From Utricularia gibba (lineage: Eukaryota > Plantae > Magnoliophyta): a stretch of 64,000 nt of DNA. The notes beneath the pieces were generated by a model, which ran no database searches, had not been told where the DNA came from, and saw nothing but the letters and a program-made list of their open reading frames with translations. The position numbers and the translations under genes were made by a program. Below are positions 55,167-64,000 of this stretch, piece by piece. The DNA is taken from assembly GCA_002189035.1 (NCBI GenBank), contig NEEC01000012.1, forward strand, positions 1,736,001 to 1,800,000, given 5' to 3'. Numbering within the stretch: the stretch's first letter is position 1; every line of letters starts with the position of its first letter.

Positions 55167-57223
55167 GTGATACCCATCTCACCCTCCCTTCTTCAGTCAA
55201 AGGTAGATTGATACTCAATTGTTATACTGCTCTATTTAAATTCACTTTACTCTCTATCATGTTACTCATCAGACCTGCTTTTGCCTGTTTTACTTTCCCA
55301 TCTTTGCGCAGAAGGACTCCTGCTTTTGGAAATAGGGAGCTCCATGAGTGCAGCAAGAATCATCCAAATTCCAACTTCAGTTGAGGATACTTGATTCCAT
55401 TCGGCTGCTAGTCCTCTGTTAGTCTTTTTCAGCTTTGGTTGGTCCAAAGAGCTGAATGGAGGTCATCTATTTTGTCTTAACCTTGTTTCGTATTCTGTCT
55501 CCCTGATACATTTGTTAGCAAGTTTAATCAGCTTTCCAGACACAATGACCCACTCTTGAGCTAACGACAGATTAATCAAGTGCATCTGTTTGATGTAGAC
55601 CAGATTAGTCTGATCACATCAGTAGGCAACAAGAGTGTGATTGCTTCACCCTTCCCAGCTGCATTTTTTATTAAGAAAAAAGACACTGCAGTAGCATTGT
55701 GCGTAGTCTGTGGCCAGAGTAAATGAATCCCAGTAGCACCCCTTCACTGCAAGTCTACTAGTGTTAGGTGATCCCAGTGGCAATACAAGGTGCAGGGAAC
55801 TGATTCAGGGCCAGGCCAAGGGTGGCCACCTGTTAGACCCTTCATCTTCTAGTGCACCAGGGGGATCTCCTTTTTGGGTGCAGGGAACCGATGCAATGGC
55901 ATTGCATACTCCAAAAGAACAATGAATCTTGAGCCCTGCTGGGAATATACACCAGATCCCACTCTTATGGATGCGGCATGTTTAAGGGGTTTGCCCTCGA
56001 AAACTGTGGATCATAATTGGGTTGGAGAATCCAACACTCTTTGATCTGATGAAGTAGGTTGTGCTGCAGTTTCTCAATTATGCTCAAGTGAAAGATATTC
56101 CAGATTTATTAGGATGGCTGTGGCAACGACAGCATGATTGCAGAGGGACACGTCAAGCCTATCAGCTACTGGTTCTTGCACATAATTCCTACGGCCCAAC
56201 TTGTCGGTAGTTGGACAGCTAATCTTATGACCCATAATTCGAAAGGCTCGTTAGCTGACTTCCTTTTCCAAGCCCATTTATCCTACTGGGCCCATTATTG
56301 GTTTTTCTTTTTTGATTTTTCAAGAAGTGCAAATTCCAATTTCCAGTCTCTTAAAGTTTTAATTGTTGAAATGGGTACCAAAAAGTTTGAATATTTGTCA
56401 TCAATCAAGATATCTTTGTAATAGTTTTTAGCTACAATGCAAAACTATTAATATGTTGATATTAATAAAAAAATTTAAAAAATATTAAAGTGTTTCTATC
56501 ATTTCCATGATTTCAATCACCCACCATCTATTATTTAGTTTTGCCCCTTCTCATGATTGGATTGCTATTCTTTTCCATCAATACTTTTTGGGTTATTATC
56601 ACTTGTTAATAACTCAATTAGGTTGAAAATAGACTTCTAATTTTATGCATTTCATTTAGGGCCACGTTTAATAAATACATTTTATTGGTATAAAAGATAA
56701 TTCTTATTTGATTGGTGAATATAATTTATTTGGTTTTAAAATCAAAATATGATTGATATGTGAATGTAAAAGTATGATTATATTGAATTTTTTTGTAAAA
56801 TTACTAATATACTTTTTAGTTAATTAAAATTAGTTTCATTAACTTTTAATTATATGTATTATAAATATAAATCAGAAGAAAAATAAAGTTATTTCATTTA
56901 GTCCAAAAAATCTTGAATTCAGATGATGTAATTCAAGTTGAACTCATTATTTTCAAACATTAATTTTCGAATTACTTATTAATCCTCCAAAAAATTACTC
57001 GAGAAAGAAAAAAAAAAGACCCCACAATCGAGCACTCAGAATGCACGAAGTGATTTACAGTTTTACACTACACATTTACCGCCGCCGCGAACTGGTTCCA
57101 CTCCGGTGGCTGAGGAATCCTAAGATGAAGCTCAAGAAAAAAAGGGGCCCACAAGCGAGCACTGAGCACATGAAAGAAAAGAAAGGGACACGCCACATGA
57201 CCGACCACTAAGCCTACTAAAAG

Positions 57224-58387
57224 CTAATCCTCCGTGCAACGGCGGTTGTCGTTGAATTCCACCGCCGTGCCGTCAATCTCCTTCTTCCTCTTCAGTTTCT
57301 GCTCCTCGTAGATTTCTCTCAGCCTCTCAATCTCCTTCTTCAACGCCTCCTGATGCGCTGCACATATGCACAAGTTGCTCTGTTTTATAACGTGTAGATC
57401 GAAACGCTCCCACGCGCAGGCAGCCAAATTCTATGGATAACAGAGTAGTGAATGAATGCTGGGCTCACCGTCTTTGAAAATCTTGTCTTGAGCCAGGGCG
57501 GCGATCCTCTGCTTCAGGGCGCTGTTGTCCATGTTCAGAAGAAGCCTCTGGTGGTCCAGAAACGCGACTCTCGGCGACAATGCAGAGACTTCACTCTGCA
57601 ATGCAAAATGCAAGCAGAAGTTTATCGAATCAGGAATCTTCCTCCTTGTGGAGTATAGCATTTCCATTGCAGATAAAAAAAACTTCGAAACTGGATGGTT
57701 TTGGGTGATAATGTCGGGTTTAGATGAAAATGGAATGCTACAAACAGCAACACAAAAGCACCCTTACTTGCAAAGTTGTAACGCTTCGTTCCAACTCTGA
57801 GATGTAGTGCAGTTTCCTCACCCTTGACCTCTGTGCGGATTGACGATTAGCCAGGATTCTGTGTTGGAGATACAATGTGGAATTAGAGGTGAACCAATGG
57901 GGAGGATTAGATTGAGTAATGTGATTGATTACCTCTTGATCCGCTTTGGGTCGACGATTGTTTCCGATGATGCGTTTTCAGAGGATTTAACTCCCGGCGG
58001 TGTCTCCGGCGGACTCCCGCCCTCTACGGGTTCATTCTTGGGCGCCACTAGGGGTTGCGCCGGTGCACCCTTTTGACCATCGTTCTCGCTGTGGTGATCC
58101 GACGGCGAGGACGGATCCGAGGAGGAAGCATTAGGCATCGGCGCATCCTGGGTGCACATATTTCTAATCTGCTCTTCATCCAATTTCTCAAACCCGTTTC
58201 CCCCGCCGTCACTCCGGGGGTCCACCGGAACCTCGACGAAAGTAATGGGATCGCTCACAGTCCGGCGGTGGGCGCTCCGCCGCAATGCCGAGAAGTCAAG
58301 GAACTCGTCGACCCACGGCGGCGCCGGAAGAGACGGCCAGAAGTTCTGGGTCATTGCTATAGGCGCGCGAGGGGGCAAGCCTCCCAT
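57224..58387 (-). CDS. Group E bZIP transcription factor (bZIP34/61-like), 4 exons
   Basis: MGGLPPRAP, PWVDEFLDFS..RR.AHRRTVSD, DPKRIKR|ILANRQSAQRSRVRKLHYISELERSVTTLQ|SEVSALSPRVAFLDHQRL..ALAQDKIFKD|AHQEALKKEIERLR. Confidence 0.92.
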
Positions 58388-61027
58388 GCAGTTAACCAGC
58401 GAGCGGAAGAATCTCAGAAGCAGGAAGCAAGCAAGCAAGAGAGCTCGTTGGCGCGAGGAGATCGAAAAAGATGGGAATTTTTGGGATCAAGATTCAGTTG
58501 GGATGGATGTTTTAATAGTAGTTTTTGTCGGGGCGTGGACAGAGCTCCGACCAATTGAATACATGATAACATGGGCACCTGTTCAGAGTTGGACATAACT
58601 GCTGCACAAGCTTTTTACCCGGTAACTCGATCATTACTCCCAACTCCTCCTCCTCCTCCTCCCCTCCACTCTACTTATTACAACAAACAATCAAATTATA
58701 AATTAAATTAAAATAATTAAGTATATAATAAATCGTATGTAATGTATTTGAGTTTCATATATATTAGATTGATCTATCGGATCTTTAATTTCAATAATAA
58801 TATCATCAAATGAATTCACTAAACCCAAGTTCAAATCATCTATGAGTCAAAACATGAGAAGCTAGAAGAACGACAAAAAGGAAGTGTTTCTTTCTTGACT
58901 TGTCTTTTCTATAGCAAAAGTCTGGTAATAGCATGGTTTCATAAGCTTATTATAGCGCACAATATAATTCTCATCTCCACTCAACTATGATGTGATGGTT
59001 TTGGTGATCAATGAAGTCTTAATTTTTCTTCTTTTGGAGAAAAATATAGGGATAATAAAAAAAATCAATTCATGCAATAAAATGATTTCTAATTATTTGA
59101 ATTTCGGATTTCGGATAAGATTAAAAAAACAAAATATTGGGAGAAATTTTTATCTCCCAACTGCCTATTATTTTATATATCGTATGAGTAATTTAAAAAT
59201 GGTATTCTTTTTTCATGTGTAAGTGGTGGGGCCTCAGGATCGTGCAAGTCACGTGGACAGCTGGATGATGCTGTGAGAGAAAGACCCAACGCCAAGAAAC
59301 TTTGTTTTTTACATTTTATATTCTTTTCTTTCTGACTTAAAAATAATCATTTTTTAAAAATCCTATGCAACTCCCAACTTGCTGCTCTCAACTCCTCCAT
59401 CTCCATAACCCAAAACCCTAAATCCAAAATCCCGATAATTTTCTTTTCTTTTTCGAATAATAAATAAATTTTTGCATTTTTTGTTGTGTGGCACAGCGGT
59501 GCACCCGCACACACAAAGTCACCTTTTGAAGTAGAAGAATAAGGGGAAATTCGAAGGGGGGGCAGCACGAGGAGGAGCAATCCGGTGGCCCCCACGCCCA
59601 CGCACCCATGTGCGTGCGCCTAAGTCCTCCGCTGCACCACTTTCTTGTTTTGGTGAGATCCACTCGCCCTCTCCAGTTTTTTTTATATTTGTTATAAAAT
59701 ATATATGTACTAATAATAGAACATAAATATTGTACTATTTGAATCATATAAAAAAATATTCAATATGATAGATTTTTTAAGTGATATCGTATTATCAGTT
59801 TCAATTATTGCAATCAATCGTCAATGTATTTTTTTCCTGCATATGATATCTTAAAAAAAAGATGATATTGTAATCTCTAGAAAATAGACATTCCTATGAA
59901 GACAAATAAGTTACTATATGATCATAAATTTTAGCACAACATTAATATGTTTGGTTTTCAAATATCATGATCTTTATCTATCGTTATATATGATATTGAT
60001 TAACAATCTTATCATATATACAATTCTTTGTGTGTAAATTCTTTTTATAAATAAAGTGAGATATATCTAGCTACACTTACAAAATTTGAGAAAAAAACTT
60101 GTTTTATACAATTTTTTTAAAACATACAATAGATTATTTATTCATTCATACCAACTTTGTACTCGTAAGAATAACTATTTTAGTACTAGTATGCAAGTAG
60201 AACATAGATTCTTGTTGACTCTAAATTAATTTACATGGCTATTTTACGTCTAATGTATAAAACTCTAGGTTTATTTTATGTATAATGTGTTGTTAGTACA
60301 ATTCTAAAATCATATACCAAATGTCATGACTCAACTTTGTCTAATATAATATTGTTCACTTCGATCACCTAACTTTAATAATTTTATATTTTATCTTTAC
60401 ATGAAAAGTATGTAAGATTAGAATGATCAAGTTATTTCATTACATTTTCTTTTACATTCGTATCCAATATGGAATATCGTCATAAGACTTTTGGTCTTAT
60501 ATTTTTTACCTTTTAGATACTTAATAACATCTTGTTAAATGTTACTTCATTCCACCATCGAGATAAACCCGAATTTGACTTTAATACCAAATATTATGAT
60601 TTATCATTGTTTTACACGATATTATCTATTTTGAATGTCCAATTTTCATGATTTTACGTTTTTTTTCTTTTAGAAAAAATATTTCATACAAAATTAAGAG
60701 AGTATATTTATTTAAATACATGATTTATTCGATGGATAACATATTTTAAAAATCCTATGCCTTACACCAAACATATTTTAAAAATTAAAAAGCATATTTA
60801 GATTCAACTAAATTCTATTATAATAATCTCATTTTTAATACCCTCCCCTCGATTCTATGACCGAAGTAAAGATTTCAGTTTCTGGTAATTTTAATGGCGG
60901 TCGCCTTGGATTATCCGAATGAATATTGTCCAGGAATTTGTTTTTGATTGTTTTATGTTGGAAATATTCCAACTTATCCAATTCCGTACACTCCCAAGCT
61001 TCCGAAAGTACTCCGAACCGTTCACAT

Positions 61028-63437
61028 CTACGGAGGGTTAGTTATGATTGAACAGGTTGACGGTGAAAGTAACAGGGTTGGTTGCTCCATGAAAACTCCA
61101 CAAGAAAGCATTCCAAGAACAGCAAAGAAGGGTGCGCCAACACCCACCAACCATCCATTGATACGCATGCGTCTGGGCTTCAGGTTGGTGTCTTCTTCAA
61201 GGGGTGTCTTCGGGGTGAAGTGAGATTTCAGGCCAAGCCAGCACTGGTGGTAGTCACGGTCGACCGCCGGCGAATCGAGCGCCCAGGAGCACACCCGGGG
61301 GATCAGACAGGACTCGAACATGAAGGCCAGGGTCTTGGAGAGCCTCTTTGGCGCTGCTTCACTCCCCTCTGCGATCGTCGCCTGATGGAGATGCATTATG
61401 AAGCACAGGAGCCTCTCGAATCAGGAGTAGTAAGTGGTGAGTACCTCGTATGTCTTTGAGTCTGGGCCATGGGGAGTCATGCAGCTGTGGAGGCTCGCTC
61501 CCCCGGCGACAAATCCGCCGGCTTTAGCCTGGAACAGAGACGGTGATCAGATGGTCGGGAACGCGGCGGCTAGAACACTTGGTGATAGGTATACCTCGTA
61601 TTCTCCATGTATCAGACCCATGAACTCACTCATACAGTTCCGGTGGTAGTAGGGAGGCCGGAATGTGTGCTCAGCTACAAGCCATCTAGGTGGGAATATG
61701 ACGAAATCAAGCATCGCTACGCCGGCACGATCTGTCGGAGCCGTCAAAACTGCAATGCATTCCATGAAAGTGATGTCGGTTGAAAAAGAATAAGAACACA
61801 CAGAATCAATAAACCACAGCTTTGATAATCTAATGTTCTAAATGGACCAATTACCAAGTGGTTCATTATGAAAAGAACAGAAACAACCGAACAGAATGCA
61901 ATCGAACTCACAAATTTAGGAAACGGAAGAGATGTAACCACAATAATCCAACAAGTGAAGGATGGTGGCATAGTAGAGTCAATGGCACAGAACAGCATCA
62001 CACAGAGGAGAAAGTGCCACATTTACCTGTGTTTATGGATGGATCGGAATGATCGAATAGAACGGTATTGTAGGGGCAAAACTTCATGAGATCATACTGG
62101 AAGCAATGAAGCAAGTTCTCAGAAACAGAGACTCAAATGCCTAGTGATTTTGAAGGGATCAAACCTTGTAAGGTACATAGTTTCCATGCCATGCCACTAC
62201 ATTGAATGGAGAGAAATCTTGAACAGCAGTGAACAAAGTTCCTCCAAACTTTTGCACAACAGTAAAACCAGGGCAAGGATCATCCTGATACCAAGCAACA
62301 GGGGCCAGAAAATCCCGTGGATCAGCAAGACCGTTAGCACCTAAACCCCAACAAGTAATCAGATTTCGAAACTTGGCTGAGAGATGAAAAAATGTAGGAA
62401 CTTTGGTGCACCTATTGGTCCAAGATCAGGAAGCTGAAAATGTGTTCCATATATTTCAGCAACATAACCCTTGGCTACTTCATCTTGCAGATCAACAGCA
62501 AAGCGGAATCCCTGTGGTATAACTACTATCTCACCTGGAGAAACCCGCAGTTTGCCACATTCTGTGGTGATGCACAATACTGCATAAAATTATCAATATA
62601 AGGAGACAACCCAATCAGTGATTAGCAAGCAATTGTTCTCTGAAGAGATGATAAATCAGAGTAAGGTTATACTGTTCTTCCTCTAGGAAAAATGGCATAT
62701 AATTGAGGCTATTAGCAGAGCTACACTGGTTTAAACAGGTTATTGCTATAGATTTCTCACCCCCTTGTTGAGGAACAATCAAAAAATCCCCATCAGCGTT
62801 GCAAAATGCGCAATCCTCCATTGACTTGTTAGCAGCGTATCTGCAATCCGATGAGAGTTAATTCTCTGAACCACAACCCAATGGAAGAACATGGAGCAGG
62901 AATTACATGTGAATAGCGAAGCCCTGGCGGAGAAACGAGCTCCCGGCGCCACAAACAGTAGACAACCCATCGATAAAATCAGTTGGGGACTCCGGGATCT
63001 CAGCCGGCCTCCACCGGAGTTGTGTCGGGGTGACGGTGCTATTTGATTCATTGAACTCGCTTACCAATTTTCCGTGAACGGGAACCCTGGGAGTGAACGG
63101 CTCATGCGAAACGGATGGCTTAACGCGATACAGCCAACTGCCAGCTCCAAGTAAACCTCCATTAAAAACTCAGCATTTCAAGGGGAACAAAAGAAACAAC
63201 TTGAAACAAAGAATTCGTAAAGCAGTACGTGCGCTTGTTGAGATTGCGGGGAGACGTGAAGGAGGTGCCGGAGATTTGCTCTGCGTAGAGGCCGTACGGG
63301 CAGATAAGGGGACTGTTTTGGTTTGTGGGTAGCGCTCCCTTGATCGCTTCGGAAGACAAATGGTTACCAAAGCCAGATTGATACTCCAATTCCTCCGGGA
63401 ACGCCCGCCGCTTTGCCGTAGCCGTGTTTTTCGCCAT
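61028..63437 (-). CDS. HGO: Homogentisate 1,2-dioxygenase, 9 exons
   Basis: [133 protein letters not shown]. The stop position is uncertain (see findings). Confidence 0.95.
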
Positions 63438-64000
63438 ATGTGATGATCAATCGGCAACTGGAAACCTCTCGCTTTATCCACTTGTCTGAACTCATTACTA
63501 TTCTCTTCGGACCCATCAGATAGATAAAAAAAAACAAAGTCTGTGAAGTGGAAATGGAAAGGAAAACCATAATCACCAGTTAGTGACAACAAAACCAACA
63601 TATTTCCCTCTTTCTTATCCAAACTTCTGCAAATGTTGCATGAAGCTCTGCTTTTTATTTATATTCATTCGTCTGAGACACTGCGAGAAACCAGACAAAT
63701 TGCTATCGATTATGAATGCTTGAAGTCCAGTGATTCTAAGCAGCGTACCGCATTCTCGCAGCCATCCTAAGGGTGAGCCACGGCCTTTCCGGAACAGGAT
63801 CAGGTTCGATGATGGAATGTGCAGGGAACTCAGCTTCCTCGTCGACCAACTCCATTGCCCCTGAAACTAGCTTCAATAATGAACTCCCTGCCCCGAAGCA
63901 CTTATAACTGGAGAAAAGATGCGACCCGAAATGGATGAAAAGGGCAGGGTTCTAATGTAAAGTTCGCTTCTTTCGTTCAGCCTTGCCCCGGTTGTCCCAG

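Larger units (their letters stand above)
50085..55810 (+). repeat. Tandem duplication of the TCP locus (about 50085-52500 and 53445-55810)
   Basis: Shared leader (acagagagcgacagagggtgc.gaga.ctgtcaacc), CDS and 400-600 nt of downstream non-coding blocks (ctcttgag.ta..gacagatta, gagtgtgattgct). Confidence 0.9.

Noticed and set aside
55324-55344. TTTTGGAAATAGGGAGCTCCA resembles miR159/miR319 and lies downstream of the TCP B target site
   Set aside because: The middle differs in sequence and length from the miRNA, there is no long precursor hairpin, and copy A lacks it; probably chance.
57004-57178. About 45-nt imperfect direct repeat downstream of the bZIP stop
   Set aside because: A small local duplication with no evidence of function.
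52960-60780. Similar AT-rich blocks at about 52960-53170 and 60505-60780 (also 13570-13700 and 46600-46790)
   Set aside because: They look like ordinary dispersed MITE remnants, and I could not define termini or TSDs.

Overview
AT-rich eudicot plant nuclear DNA with spliced genes; no rRNA, tRNA or CRISPR-like arrays were recognisable. Order: degenerate Ty1/Copia fragments (0.5-4.2 kb) interleaved with two tandem small Gly-rich membrane-protein genes; GA2ox (+); ICR/RIP ROP-scaffold (-); a long-TIR MULE-like element; TMN12-like TM9SF (-); mitochondrial ribosomal bS6 (-); KIN14Q-like kinesin (+); solanesyl diphosphate synthase (+); MFS molybdate-anion-transporter-like gene (+); TDY-type MAPK (+); LSH/ALOG (-); two tandem miR319-targeted TCP4-like genes (+); group E bZIP (-); HGO (-). 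Family calls come from my recall of motifs, not database searches, and exon models were built by hand. Three observations stand out. (1) A homologous promoter/first-exon/first-intron cassette precedes three consecutive unrelated genes (ICR, TMN12, bS6). (2) Both TCP4 paralogs keep a frame-conserved, apparently CUG-initiated 46-49 aa N-terminal extension plus an overlapping out-of-frame uORF. (3) The kinesin seems to lack the malectin domain and carries a 33-aa tandem repeat in that region. Caveat: several conserved genes are broken by single missing bases in short C/G runs, which looks like assembly error rather than biology.
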